Origin: a virus
Taxonomy: Duplodnaviria; Caudoviricetes
Virus record (IMG/VR): IMGVR_UViG_3300046011_003401
Location: 1-52,199 of that record
DNA: 52,199 bases
Reading direction: 5' to 3' (one strand)
The first letter of the stretch is position 1. Each line of letters begins with the position of its first letter. The position numbers and the translations under genes are program-made. Positions 17,001-28,500 of the stretch are shown here, one piece after another. The notes below the pieces were generated by a model that was not told the origin of the DNA, did no database searches, and saw nothing but the letters and a program-made list of their open reading frames with translations.

Positions 17001-19564
17001 ATGTATATAGTAATCAAAGGGATTTCGAAAATAGAAAATTAGAGGCATTAGATAAATATGCTAAAGATTCAAAAGATTACCAAAGTAAACTAGCTTCTTA
17101 TAATATAGAAAAAGACAAAGAAAGGTTATTACTTTTAAGTAATTGGGAATTTGGTACTAATATATTTGATAAAGCTATTGCATATTTTGAAGCTTGGTGG
17201 AACAGTATTAGTTTTATACCAAATATGCTTAAAACAGATCAAAAACCTACAGCCCCTAAAGCCCCCAAAACTGAAACTACTTCAGCTATGGATATTGCTT
17301 TAAAACCATATGAAAAAGAAATAAAAAGATTACAAGAGCAGTTAAAGCAATTAAATGCCGCAGAAACATTAAAAAAGAATATTGACGAACAAACAACTTT
17401 AGGAACTAATTCTACAGATGCGCAACTAAAACAAAACCAACAAAGAATGGATCTTCTTAATAATGAAATTACCGCACAACAAAAATTAATAGAATTAGAA
17501 GCAGATAAAATAGCAAATGCAGAAAAGTATAGTGGTCTTATTAGTATTGATCTTTTAAATTCTAAAGCAGCTTTAGAAATAACTAAAAATGAAAAAGAAT
17601 TTAAAAAACAAGAATTAGAGGCTCAAATGAGATTTAATTCTACTGAATTTAGCAAAGATTCTGATAAATCTCAAGCAAAAACCATAATGAATGAAGCCGT
17701 CGATGCAGCTAAAAAAGCACAGGAAAATGCAGATGCAAAAGTAAATAGTATTAAAGAAGAAGCTAAAAATGCGGCTAATCTTACAAATTATAAACGTCAA
17801 GAAGGTTTGCAAGCAGATATACTATTAGAAAATAGTAAGTCGGCAGTATCTATAGCTAAAGATCTTGGTAATTTATCTAACCAAGAAGTATTAGATAAAG
17901 AATATATTAATAATTTACAAACTATAATAAATAAAGAAGATGCATTAAATGCTGTTAAAAAACAAGGTAATCTAACAGATGTACAAACACTAGAGTTAGA
18001 GGGATTAGGAAGATCAAAACAAACATTAAACTTAGAAAAAGCAAAAAATGATATTTTAGAAGAAAGAGCAGCACTACAAAGAAAATTCGCTACTGACCAA
18101 GAATCCATACAACAAAAAATAGATGCGGGTTTAAGAAATAATACTTCTACTGTACAACTTGAAGTAGATTTAATACAGCAAAAGATAGCAGAAACTAAAC
18201 GCTTAAATATAGAAAATGGTCAAGATGGTAAAGAACTAGAACGTAATTTAGCATTACATAAAGAAATCTTAGCCTCTTTAGAACGTCAACACGAAGCCAA
18301 AAAACGTAACTTTATGAAAGAAGATAACAAACCACAAATAATCTATGATGAAGCAGCTAAACGAGCACGTGATTTTGCTGCAAACATGAAAGATACTGTA
18401 ACCGGTGTTTTTGATGCAGTTTATTCAGGCATGGATGCTGCTATAGATTCTATTACTACTAAAATGATGAATGGCACTAAAATCACATTTAAAGAAATAA
18501 GTGACTTATTCCGTAATACAGTTGCAGAAGGTTTCAGAGAAATGGCTGCAGAACAGATGAAATCTAGTGCTCGTAATATGATTAGAGATATTATGGGGGC
18601 TGTACTACCTGGTGTAGATATAAGTACTAATGAAGAAAAAGCACTTGATTATGCTAAAGACTCAAGGGATTATCTTAAAATTATTGCAATGGGTACAGGA
18701 GGTGCAGCAGCAGGTAATAGTAATCCAGTAACAGCAGCACCTAGTATTTGGAGCAAGTTATTTGGTACTAGACAAACAGGTGCTGGAGGTTTTGAAGACT
18801 ATAAAAATGCACCAGATACTGTCGATATGACTACTGAAGCAGCTACAGCAGCTAATGAAGCGTACTATGGTTCATTAACTAATATATCAGATGAAGTTGC
18901 TAATCTAAATACAAGTACACCATCTTTATTTGGTGGAATTGCAAATGGTTTTGGAAGTTTATTCGGTAGTAATGGTATCGTAATGAATTTACTAAGTGGT
19001 TTAGGTACTGGTATCGGAGGAATCTTTTCTAGTATTTTTAGTATATTCTCAGGCGGTGGAGCAGGTGGTGGAGCAGGTGGTGGATTAGGTGGTATACTAG
19101 GTAGTATAGGTGGTTTATTTAGTGGTGGTGGCATGGGTGATATTGGTGCTGCTATTGGTAGTTCTATGGGTATGGAAGGTTTTGGAGGTTGGTTATCTGG
19201 ATTATTCTTTGCTAATGGCGGTGTCATGAGTGAGTATGGTGCACTTAAACTAAATAAATATGCTAGTGGTGGTATTGCTAACTCACCTCAAATGGCAGTA
19301 TTTGGCGAAGGTAGAATGAACGAAGCTTATGTTCCCCTACCAGATGGTCGCACTATTCCAGTAACTATGCAAGGTAATACCGGTGGTGGAAGCGGTCCTA
19401 TTAGTGTTGTTGTTAATGTAGATGCTAAAGGTAATACTGATACACAAGCTACTGGTACTACTAATGCCCAAGATGCCAAACAACTAGGTATGATAATCAG
19501 CAGTAAAGTTAGGGAAGAGATTGTAAATCAACAACGTTCCGGTGGTTTGCTCAATAAGAGGTAA
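14093..19564 (+). CDS. tape measure protein (T5 pb2-like N-terminus, lambdoid-type C-terminus)
   Basis: RDFAKQAQGLGGLVRLYATFAANIFA and KLEPELLDELG (T5-like); long coiled coil; FANGG...MAVFGEG...EAYVPL...REEIVNQQRSGGLL (lambdoid). Confidence 0.92.
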   Translation: MAANMINVGVNVSDNGTVAQLQARLKAATKDLASLRNVMRQTGSGVAGMGGPTKQENIDYRNARGVAGTGGGGSRDFAKQAQGLGGLVRLYATFAANIFAVSAAFNALDKAAQFEQMIQGAKALEATTGAALRSIAGQMKAVTDGALSMQESMRLTALGSAAGLSEKKILDLTKGAKGASLALGRDMGDSIDRVIRGVAKLEPELLDELGVVTRAQEAYKKYAQSIGTSADALTSYQKTIAYSNAVSIELLTKFGAIADKVPANPYAKFLGQLKDVGTELLTLVNNVITPVVSMLANNIELMFAGVLLLVKSLTLKAIPEISKMFSVSPAVVTARHAALTSLLADIDAGNRAEVESTRKASAEIIQIKEREALALSKMGARNINALATAAFKTSRGQTAKNLLEVGSVGAIVDDSTLRKAIPSAMKRESKILTDYASGTGSAKEADAANARYVALASIEKEIVTEEKRRLALTEQIDIVLKGQEATELKIADTLRSKNKYSLAEREAAILNLEVKKLEGAQIVQNTLFLRGQAAAEIERAKQAVIIEEARKAKTLTSAFNVREGYNKDPSGKENKNFGLSGEMVPNIFGKIEESTDRVKSKIGEMVSKVGSGLGKVVGFLGTWGIAAMIAYEALSFLADKAGFLNKKTDELNTALEEGTKVLETAKSSYLNYTKAVTASTYSLIALQSANDIAANTFEQGTASIQKQIEVFTAWREAGGWISSFWDKIGTSKFDTLKENISGQVAIMSKEATGAQAAELKALEERISGTKDSAEGLQILASAYVSLEASATRAATANRNQNSFLKEFQDKANAAGTAIDKINEKEWIKDEKRRTIVEFLKDLQKGLNDITLTADEKINLLAKVPEGLNTKAGKQLEEVRRVAAAIQAITEAIGLRQKELTDAQDIYLGKYKDISKTDRDKLNTGPSNVRLMELVQKEADLSRKLMEENLSIEEVLKIQSTQKLLALEKEYVYSNQRDFENRKLEALDKYAKDSKDYQSKLASYNIEKDKERLLLLSNWEFGTNIFDKAIAYFEAWWNSISFIPNMLKTDQKPTAPKAPKTETTSAMDIALKPYEKEIKRLQEQLKQLNAAETLKKNIDEQTTLGTNSTDAQLKQNQQRMDLLNNEITAQQKLIELEADKIANAEKYSGLISIDLLNSKAALEITKNEKEFKKQELEAQMRFNSTEFSKDSDKSQAKTIMNEAVDAAKKAQENADAKVNSIKEEAKNAANLTNYKRQEGLQADILLENSKSAVSIAKDLGNLSNQEVLDKEYINNLQTIINKEDALNAVKKQGNLTDVQTLELEGLGRSKQTLNLEKAKNDILEERAALQRKFATDQESIQQKIDAGLRNNTSTVQLEVDLIQQKIAETKRLNIENGQDGKELERNLALHKEILASLERQHEAKKRNFMKEDNKPQIIYDEAAKRARDFAANMKDTVTGVFDAVYSGMDAAIDSITTKMMNGTKITFKEISDLFRNTVAEGFREMAAEQMKSSARNMIRDIMGAVLPGVDISTNEEKALDYAKDSRDYLKIIAMGTGGAAAGNSNPVTAAPSIWSKLFGTRQTGAGGFEDYKNAPDTVDMTTEAATAANEAYYGSLTNISDEVANLNTSTPSLFGGIANGFGSLFGSNGIVMNLLSGLGTGIGGIFSSIFSIFSGGGAGGGAGGGLGGILGSIGGLFSGGGMGDIGAAIGSSMGMEGFGGWLSGLFFANGGVMSEYGALKLNKYASGGIANSPQMAVFGEGRMNEAYVPLPDGRTIPVTMQGNTGGGSGPISVVVNVDAKGNTDTQATGTTNAQDAKQLGMIISSKVREEIVNQQRSGGLLNKR

Positions 19565-19570
19565 ACCAAT

Positions 19571-19623
19571 AAAAGGCAAGGATAATTTTTATCCTTGCCT
19601 TTTTTATGCACATCTGATATACT
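19571..19623 (+). promoter_or_regulatory. overlapping terminator and promoter
   Basis: stem AAAAGGCAAGGATAA-ttt-TTATCCTTGCCTTTT; its 3' arm supplies TTGCCT (19595)-N17-TATACT (19618). Confidence 0.75.
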
Positions 19624-19650
19624 AGATAAAATAGAAAAATAGGAATAAAT

Positions 19651-19992
19651 ATGGCGAATACCTTTTCATACGTTCCCGATAGGGGTTTCAGTAAGACTAC
19701 CAAGCCTAGAGTATTACTTTATCAGTTCGGAGACGGATATGCTCAAAGAACAGGGGATGGCATCAATAATATGCCTTCAGTATATAATCTAACATTCAAT
19801 GGAAGAGATGTTACCACAGCCGAGGCCATCATAGCCTTTTTAGAGGATACAGAAGGTAGAACATACTTCAACTGGACCCCAGCTGGAGAGACCCAAGAAA
19901 TTAAAGTAATTGCTTCAGAATGGAGTATGGTTCATGATACTTCAATTTCTCGTAATATATCAGTAACATTTACTCAGGTCTTTGACCTTTAG
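19651..19992 (+). CDS. distal tail protein, lambda gpM-like
   Basis: KPRV..QFGDGYAQR..DGIN, IIAFLE...FNWTP, TFTQVF. Confidence 0.88.
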   Translation: MANTFSYVPDRGFSKTTKPRVLLYQFGDGYAQRTGDGINNMPSVYNLTFNGRDVTTAEAIIAFLEDTEGRTYFNWTPAGETQEIKVIASEWSMVHDTSISRNISVTFTQVFDL

Positions 19993-20000
19993 GATAATTT

Positions 20001-20708
20001 ATGCCATTAGACGCACCAGTAAGCATAACTTCCGAGATTCAGAAATTAGATGCTGATTCACTTATAGAATTATATGAGTTAGATACTACTAAACAGGGTG
20101 GACCGATTTATTATTTTCACTCTGATGTTAATACATTAAATGCAGAAGTAGTTTGGCAAGGCATAACCTATGTACCATTCCCACTAGAAGCAACAGGATT
20201 TGAATCTAGTGGCGTAGGTAGTCAAGCAAGACCAAAACTATTATTAGCAAATATATCTGGCATGATAGGTGAGCTAACGCTATCTATGAATGACTTAGTT
20301 ACTTGTAAATTTATACGCAAACGTACTTTTGTTAAATATTTAGATGCTGTAAATTTTCCAGACGGAATTAATCCTACAGCAGATAGTAATGCACACTTTC
20401 CAGATGATATATATTATGTGGATAGAAAAAGTAAAGAAGATAAAATACAAGTAGAATTCGAGCTTGCATCAGCACTTGAACTTACAGGGGTAGTATTACC
20501 ACGTAGACAAATAGTTAAAAATCTATGTTCTTGGAACTATAAAAGTGCCGAGTGTGGATATACTGGAACTAACTACTTCAATGAATTCGACGAACCTTGT
20601 GGAGTAAGCCTCGATAAGTGCGGGAAACGTTTAGGTTCATGTGAGATTAGGTTTGTCAATGAAATACTACCATTTGGTGGTTTCCCTGCAGTAGGATTAA
20701 TAAGATAA
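20001..20708 (+). CDS. tail tip protein, lambda gpL-like
   Basis: LIELYELD, VWQG..Y.PFP, RKRTFVKYLDAVNF, four-Cys C-terminus (CSW...ECGY...DKCGKRLGSC). Confidence 0.92.
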   Translation: MPLDAPVSITSEIQKLDADSLIELYELDTTKQGGPIYYFHSDVNTLNAEVVWQGITYVPFPLEATGFESSGVGSQARPKLLLANISGMIGELTLSMNDLVTCKFIRKRTFVKYLDAVNFPDGINPTADSNAHFPDDIYYVDRKSKEDKIQVEFELASALELTGVVLPRRQIVKNLCSWNYKSAECGYTGTNYFNEFDEPCGVSLDKCGKRLGSCEIRFVNEILPFGGFPAVGLIR

Positions 20709-21421
20709 TGACAATAGAAGAGTTGATTAATACACAAATATATGCACATGCAGAGCAACAAGCTCCTGTAGAGGCTTGTGGTGTAGTTATACTACTAAAA
20801 GGTAGATTAAGATATATACCTTGTACTAATCAATTAAATAGTGAAGATCACTTCGTTATTAGTCCAACTGATTATGCTGATGCAGAAGATTTAGGTGAGA
20901 TAGTTTATATAGTACACTCACACCCCAAGTCATCCCCTAAACCATCTCAAACTGATTTAACTAGCCTAGAATTAGATACCATACCATGGATTATAGTTAA
21001 CCCATTCTTGAAAGAATATACAATAACTAATCCATCTGGATATGTTCAACCTTTAATAGGAAGAACATATCATTATGGTGTAGTAGATTGCTATTCTATA
21101 ATCCGAGATTATTATAAAGAAAAATTCAATATAGATTTATTTAATTATATACGAAAAGATTTATGGTGGGAACAGGGGCAAGATTTATATAATGAGAGAT
21201 TTCCAGAACAAGGTTTTGAAGTCGTAACTGATGGTAGTGTACAAATTGGTGACTTATTCCTAATGCGCGTAGGCGCAAGTACAGAAAATCACGCTGCAAT
21301 ATATATAGGAAATAATAGAATATTACATCACCCAATGAATAGATTATCTTCCGAAGAGATTTATGGTGGTTGGTGGCAAAAAATAACTAGTAAGGTAATA
21401 AGACATAAATCACTTATGTAG
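20708..21421 (+). CDS. tail assembly protein, lambda gpK-like (JAB/MPN + NlpC/P60)
   Basis: EACG, HSHP....PS..D JAMM motif; DCY and NHAAIY...LHH NlpC/P60 motifs. Confidence 0.92.
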   Translation: MTIEELINTQIYAHAEQQAPVEACGVVILLKGRLRYIPCTNQLNSEDHFVISPTDYADAEDLGEIVYIVHSHPKSSPKPSQTDLTSLELDTIPWIIVNPFLKEYTITNPSGYVQPLIGRTYHYGVVDCYSIIRDYYKEKFNIDLFNYIRKDLWWEQGQDLYNERFPEQGFEVVTDGSVQIGDLFLMRVGASTENHAAIYIGNNRILHHPMNRLSSEEIYGGWWQKITSKVIRHKSLM

Positions 21422-21433
21422 AAGGGGGTACAA

Positions 21434-21997
21434 ATGTCCGTCGAATTAAAAACAGTAAAGCTATATGGACATTTGGGCAAAAAATTTGGAAAAAGTTTCC
21501 AACTAGCAGTATCCACACCTGCCGAGGCTGTAAGAGCTTTATCTACTAATATTAAAGGTTTTAAACAGTATTTAACTAAACATAGCGCACCAGGTTATCA
21601 TATATTTATTGATAAAAAAGATTTAGCTCAAGATGAACTCAACTATAAAGTATCTTCTGATATTATAAAAATAGTACCTGTTACAGTAGGTAGTGGTGGT
21701 ATTTTTAAAGCAATAGTTGGAATAGTATTAATTGTAGTTGGTATAGTAACTCAACAGCCTTGGATAACCAAAATAGGTATAAGTATGACTCTTTCCGGTA
21801 TTGCAGAAGTGCTATTTGCACCCCCGAAACCTAAGTCATATAATAGTGAAAAACCTGAAAATAGTCCATCGTATATATTTAATGGACCTGTTAATACTAT
21901 TTCTCAAGGGAACCCAGTATCATTATGTTATGGAAAAGTACGAGTTGGTTCTCAAGTTATATCAGCAGGACTTACATCTAGGGAGATACCAATATGA
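21434..21997 (+). CDS. tail assembly protein, lambda gpI-like (ubiquitin-like), copy 1
   Basis: VKLYGHLGKKFG, AEAVRAL, IKIVPVTVGSGG, SYIFNGPVNT..QGNPV.L.YG...VGSQVISAG. Confidence 0.9.
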   Translation: MSVELKTVKLYGHLGKKFGKSFQLAVSTPAEAVRALSTNIKGFKQYLTKHSAPGYHIFIDKKDLAQDELNYKVSSDIIKIVPVTVGSGGIFKAIVGIVLIVVGIVTQQPWITKIGISMTLSGIAEVLFAPPKPKSYNSEKPENSPSYIFNGPVNTISQGNPVSLCYGKVRVGSQVISAGLTSREIPI

Positions 21998-22545
21998 GTG
22001 AATTAAAAACAATAAAACTATATGGTCATCTAGGTAAAAAATTTGGAAAAAGTTTCCAACTAGCGGTAGCAACACCATCAGAGGCTGTGCGAGCCCTATC
22101 AATAAATTTAAAAGGTTTCAAAGAATATTTAAAACAACATAACTTCCATGTATTTTTAGATAAAATGGATATTGGTAAAGAAGAACTTGGTTCTATTACA
22201 ACTGCAGATATTATAAAAATAATACCAGTAACAGTTGGTTCCGGTGGGTTTTTTAAAGTAGTTATTGGTATTGCTTTAATGATATATGCACCAGAGATGA
22301 GTTCTACATGGTTTTCAGTTGGTGCATCAATGGTTTTAAGTGGCATATCAGAAATATTATTTGCCCCACCAAGAAGAAATAAAGATACTAGTACAGAGAA
22401 GCCAGAAAATACACCTTCTTATGTATTTAATGGACCAATAAATACAACAGGTTCAGGTAATCCAGTTTCCTTATGTTATGGTAAAGTACGTGTAGGTTCA
22501 CAAGTTATTTCAGCAGGGCTTACCTCAAGAGAGATTCCAATATAA
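21994..22545 (+). CDS. tail assembly protein, lambda gpI-like (ubiquitin-like), copy 2
   Basis: same motifs as copy 1; identical C-terminus VGSQVISAGLTSREIPI. Confidence 0.9.
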   Translation: MSELKTIKLYGHLGKKFGKSFQLAVATPSEAVRALSINLKGFKEYLKQHNFHVFLDKMDIGKEELGSITTADIIKIIPVTVGSGGFFKVVIGIALMIYAPEMSSTWFSVGASMVLSGISEILFAPPRRNKDTSTEKPENTPSYVFNGPINTTGSGNPVSLCYGKVRVGSQVISAGLTSREIPI

Positions 22546-25500
22546 TGGCACAAAAAGAAATTATAGGTAGTGGTGGATGTTTTCCACAGTATGCTAAAGT
22601 TCTAACAACTTCTGGGTATAAAAATATATCTGAAATAGTTGTAGGTGATGAAGTAATCTCCTATAATGATACAGGTAGACTAGCTACATCAGTAGTAGAA
22701 GAAGTATTTTTCCATAAAAACAATGAGGTATCAAAATATACTTATTGGGGTGGTGAAATATATGCTACTGCTAATCACTGGGTTTTAAACCAACTTAACT
22801 CATTTTCAGAAATAGGTAATTTATCAACCCATGATTGTTTGGTTGATAGTGATGGTACCCTAAGACCAATGATAGTCTCAGAAGAGGCTGGCATTGAAGA
22901 TGTATATAACCTATCAGTAGTACCAGACCATACTTATATAGTAGATGGTATTCGTGTACATAATGGTGGTGGAGGTAAAGGTGGTGGTGCAAGTCGTCCA
23001 GCAGTAGAAGACCCCAATACATTACGCTCAAAACAATTTGCTAGAGTACTAGACCTAGTTTCCGAAGGGGAAATTGGGGGACTAGTCTCGGGTGATCAAT
23101 CCGTATTTATTAATGATGTACCACTACAAAATGCAGATGGAACCTATAACTTCAGAGATAGTTTTATAGATGTTCGTACAGGTACGCAAAATCAAGCAGT
23201 TATTTCAGATTTAAACTCAGTAGAAAATACTATTAATGTATCAACTAGAGTAGAACGCCCTAAATTATTAGAATCTACATATCCACATGCCACAACAGCA
23301 ACTACAAGTTTAACACTAACTTTAGCTAATCATGGATATTTATCAGGTCAAACTTTATATATAGCTTCTAAAACTGGAACTTTACCAGAAAATATATATA
23401 CAATAAATTCTGTTACTCCGGATACCTATACAATTACAGTTCCAAGTGCAACATATGTTGCTGGAATAGTATATGCCAATGCTAGTTTAGTTAATAATAT
23501 TAAAACCGGAACCCATGCAGCCTCTACTTTAGGAAGTACTAAAACTATAACTAAAACTGCACACGGTTTTCAAGAAGGTGAGTCCATTTATCTATGGGCT
23601 AAAGAAGAGCAAGGTGTTACATATACCATAGGTAAAAAAGGTCGTAGATATACGCCAGCAGGAGATTTCTTTCCACTATGCGTTTATACAGTAAAAACTG
23701 TACCAACCGCTAATACATTCACAGTTTTACTAGATGAACCATTAGCATTGAATGCTTCAAGTGTATTTATGCAAAGAGCAACTGGAACAGTCCGTTCAGT
23801 AACTAACCTAGAAGCAGATGAATGTTATATTACTATGGAAGTACCACAACTTACAGAGCAAGATACAACTACTGGAGATTTACACGGTAGTAAAGTATCC
23901 TTTGTAATTAATGTAAAAAATAGCGAACCTTATTCTAAATATGAAAGAGTAGGATTAAGTTATAATACTAAAAATAATGGTACATTGTCTGGTACCGAAG
24001 TTACAATACGTGATTTAGGTACTTACAATAGTACTTCAGGTAGTAGTTCAGTATTATACGCAACACCACCACCAGATGCTAATTCTGGTACAATGTATAT
24101 GTATGGAAATACAAATAGAAGACAATCAGTAGCTATAAAAGGTTATTCAGTATATACCGAAACAGAGGATGCAATAGCAAGTCAACTGGTACTTGGTTGG
24201 AGAACAACTAGTAATAAACAACAAAATATTTCTATAGGAGTATATAAACGTTTAGTTGGTGCCACTAATTGGGAAATACATGCTACAGTAGCATTTACTG
24301 GTAAGAATGAAACCAGAACAACTGCTTCCCAAGGTTTTGGTATTACTAATTCAGTATCTGTGCCAGTTTACACTACTAAAACAGTATTAGTTGAGCATAC
24401 TTTAGCTATTTATGAATATAAGTGCGAAGTTATTGGAGTTGCACAAGGATTATTTGGTTTTACAAATAGATCCTATACCGTTGCTTTCGATACCTTGGGG
24501 GTAATAGAGGGTAAAACATTAGCTAAATATCAACGTGGTTATACAGTACCTTTAAGGGGTGAAGGTCCTTGGCAAGTACAGGTAATCAGAGTAGAAGAAG
24601 AATCAGTAAAAGCAAGTATTTCAAACGAACTATATTGGAGTACATATACTGAAGTAGTAAAAGCTAAGTTAAACTATCCAAATAGTGCTATGATGTATTG
24701 TGCTATAGATGCTGAACAATTTTCAAGTATACCATCAAGATCTTATGAAATATATGGTATCAAATGCAAAATTCCATCAAACTACGACCCACTTAATAGA
24801 ACCTATACAGGTTTTTGGGATGGTACATTTGTAGTAGATTGGACCGATAATCCTGCCTGGGTATTTTATGATTTAATAACAAATACAAGGTATGGTTTAG
24901 GAGATATAGTAACTGGTAGTTTAGTAGATAAATGGACACTATATTCAATTGCTCAATATTGTGATGGTTCCGTACCTACTGGTTTGGGTATTTCTGGTGT
25001 AGTAGTAGGTTCAATATCTGGAACTACTTTAACTATAACTAACCGAAAAAATCTATCCTCTATAGGAGTAGGTTCTATAGTTACTGGTTTTGGTATAGAA
25101 GAATGTACTATTACTGCACTAGGAACAGGTACCGGAGGTATAGGTACATATACTATTAGTAAAGCGCAATCAGTGCCAGTAGGTTCATCTATTAATATTA
25201 TCATTGATGATGTAGAACCTAGATTTACTTGTAATTTATATTTACAAACCCGAGAAGACGCATATAAAGTAGTATCTAATCTAGCCTCTATATTTAGAGG
25301 TATGGTATTTTGGTCTACTGGTTTAGTTACTGCATCTCAAGATTCTCCTAAATCTGTAGATGCTATATATACAGCTGCTAATGTTATAGATGGTACTTTT
25401 ACATATACTGGTACATCGGCTAAAACGCGTCATAACGTAGTATTAGTTTCTTGGAATAATCCTAAAAATGGTTATGCTATTGAAGTAGAGTATGTACAAG

Positions 25501-28500
25501 ATGAGGCTTCTATATTACAAAATGGTATTATACAAACTGAACTATCTGCCATGGGTTGTACCTCTCAAGGACAAGCCCATAGACTTGGTAAGTGGTTACT
25601 ATATACAGAACAATATGAAACTGAAACCGTATCTTTCAAAACAGGTTTAGATGGATTACTTTGTCAACCAGGTGATGTAATCCAAACCCAAGATCCTTTT
25701 AGATCTGGAATTAGACTGGGTGGAAGAGTAGCTGCTGTACAATATAATACTGGTACTAATGTAATAGTAACTGTTGATAATCCTATAAAATTTACAACAG
25801 GTAAAACATATACTGCACTATTTACAAAAGATGACGGTACAGTTATAAGTTTACCATTATCTAACATATCAAATAATCAAAATCAAATAGACCTAATAGT
25901 TAATACAACGCAATCTTTTATTATTCCAGTAGGTTCAGTATGGATAGTATCAGTTAGTGATTTAGCACTACAATCTTGGAGAGTAGTATCAATATCAGAA
26001 CCTTCAAAAGGTGTTATGGGTATTACTGCTTTAAGCTATAATGAAGAGAAATTTAATAATATAGAATATAATCATAGACTACAACCAAAGAAAATAAATA
26101 CACAAACATTAGTTCCAGAACCAGTAGAAAATATTACTATTACAGAACATATGTATTTAATAGCACCGCAAGTACTAAGTAATATATTATCTATTTCATG
26201 GGAAAGCCCAGATACTACTATAGATACTTATCAGGTAACTTATAAAAATATAACTACAAATAGCAATGAAGTAGTAGTATATAGTAATTTACCAAATATA
26301 GAAATATCTTCTATCTCAGAAGCAGAATATACTATATCAGTACAAGCTATAAATTCTTTAGGTACTAAATCACAAAAAACTGAAGTAAATCATGTAGTAG
26401 TAGGTAAAACAGTAAATCCAGCAGATATAACTAATTTTAATTCTAGTCTAGCAAATGATGGGCTAACATTAAGTTGGTCAGCGGTGCCAGATTTAGATAT
26501 TGAATACTATGAGATTCGTTATGGTACATGGGGTTTAGATTCTGCAAATGCTGCTATATATCGTGGTAAAGATACTCAAGTAACTTTATCAACAAAAACT
26601 TATGTATCTGGAAAAACTCATTTATTTTATATAAAAGCTAAAGATACTTCTGGTAATTGGTCTGCTTCATATACATTATCAGGTAGTTTAATAGATAATA
26701 CAACAGCAAAAATACTTCTTACAAAAACTCCAGCACCTGCTATATTACCAATACTAGTAACTAATTCTGTTTCAAGTGTTAGTAATATAATAGCTTTGCC
26801 AAATCCAGCAACTAATGCGCAGCTTTCATTAAATGGTAATATTCTTAAAGTATCTTGGTCTGCACCAGTAGTAAATAGTAATAATATTTCTACATATGGT
26901 TATAGAATTTTTGTTACATCCAACGGTGTAGAATCAGCTGTAGCAGAAGTAACCGGTACATCATATGAATATTTATGGTTAGATAATATACTATCAAAAA
27001 CTTTCAGAATAGAAACTATTGATAATAGTGGGCAATCAAGTTTACCAGACTTATCAATTTCAAAAACATTTACACTACCAAATCAAGTAAATGGAATAAC
27101 CAGTACATTTTCAGCAAATAAATTAACTTTAAAATGGACAGCACCGGTAGTAGATTCTACAGATGCAGCAACTAAACTATATAGAATATATATAGATTCA
27201 GTGGCCATTGCCGAAGTAACTGGTACTACATATGAGTATACTTGGGCAGATAAAAATCTATCTAGAACATTTTCAATAGAAACAGTAGATATAATAAATA
27301 ATGTATCTCCAAGAGCTTCCGTAACTATTCCTGTATTAGTACCAGCAGCTCCAACTGGATTAACAAATACTTTAACAGGCACAACATTAAGATCTACTTG
27401 GAATCATTCAGTATTAGCAAGCAATAGTTTCCCAATAGCTAAATATAATATATATTTTGGTGATGTGGGAAATCCTATTAAAATAGGGGAAACTGTTGCT
27501 AATTCGTATTCTTTGGAATGGACTTATGGTGCAGGGACAAAAGCCATACATATTGAAGCAGTAGATATTAATGGTAATGTATCAAATACTAGAACTACAG
27601 TAACAACTGCTATAGTACCGCCTAATGCACCTAGTAATATATCGGCAACTATGAAAGAAAGTAAATTATTATTTTCATGGAATCCTGCAACTACTGCAAT
27701 CAATTCTTTACCTATCGAATACTATGAATTACGTGAAGGTGGAACAACTTGGGAAAATGCTACATTTGTAGCTAATATTCCTGCTTCTATTAATATACTA
27801 CAGTATTTATATGGTATAACTAATGTAACAGAGTTATCAACTGTACCGGTAGGTACATTAAAGTATAATCAGGCAAAAGTTTTTAGAATAGCATCAAAAG
27901 ATACTTTTGGTCTAGCTTCTACTACTCAAACAACTGTATCAGTAACTTTAACTAAGCCAAGTGCTATAAATAGTTTAAATGTAAATATTGTAGGTCAATT
28001 TATTAATGCAGCCTGGACTTCTATTATTACAGGCACTTTACTAGATGTATTTACTTTACCTATTGATAGATATGAAATTCGTGCAACCCGATCTGCTAAC
28101 GTAGATGAAACTGCATGGAATAATGCCACATCTTTAGCTTCATTAAGCGGTTCAGCAATAGCACTAGACCCTCCAATTAATCCCAGCGTAGATCCTTTAA
28201 ATAATGCCGATGGAACATGGTACTATTTAATAAGAGCATACGATTCGTTTAATACAGCAGGGGCTTTAGCAAATAAACAACTAACTATAACTAAACCAAC
28301 TAAACCACTTAATTTCTTTAATAAAGTTATTGATAATAATATACTATTAAACTGGGAAGATTCAGCGCAACATAGTTTCCCTATAGCTACATTTATGTTA
28401 AAGAAATCTTTTAGTCCATTAGCAACATATACTCAAGCAGAAACTATTGGTACTAAGTCAGGTAATTTTACTACAGTATTTGAAGAAACCTCTGGAAACT

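Noticed and set aside
19050-19200. GGTGGAGCAGGT-type repeats in the tape measure gene
   Set aside because: Explained by a Gly-rich low-complexity protein linker.
22578-22964. Canonical mobile intein with homing endonuclease
   Set aside because: Only 129 aa, no LAGLIDADG/HNH motif, and +1 is Gly.
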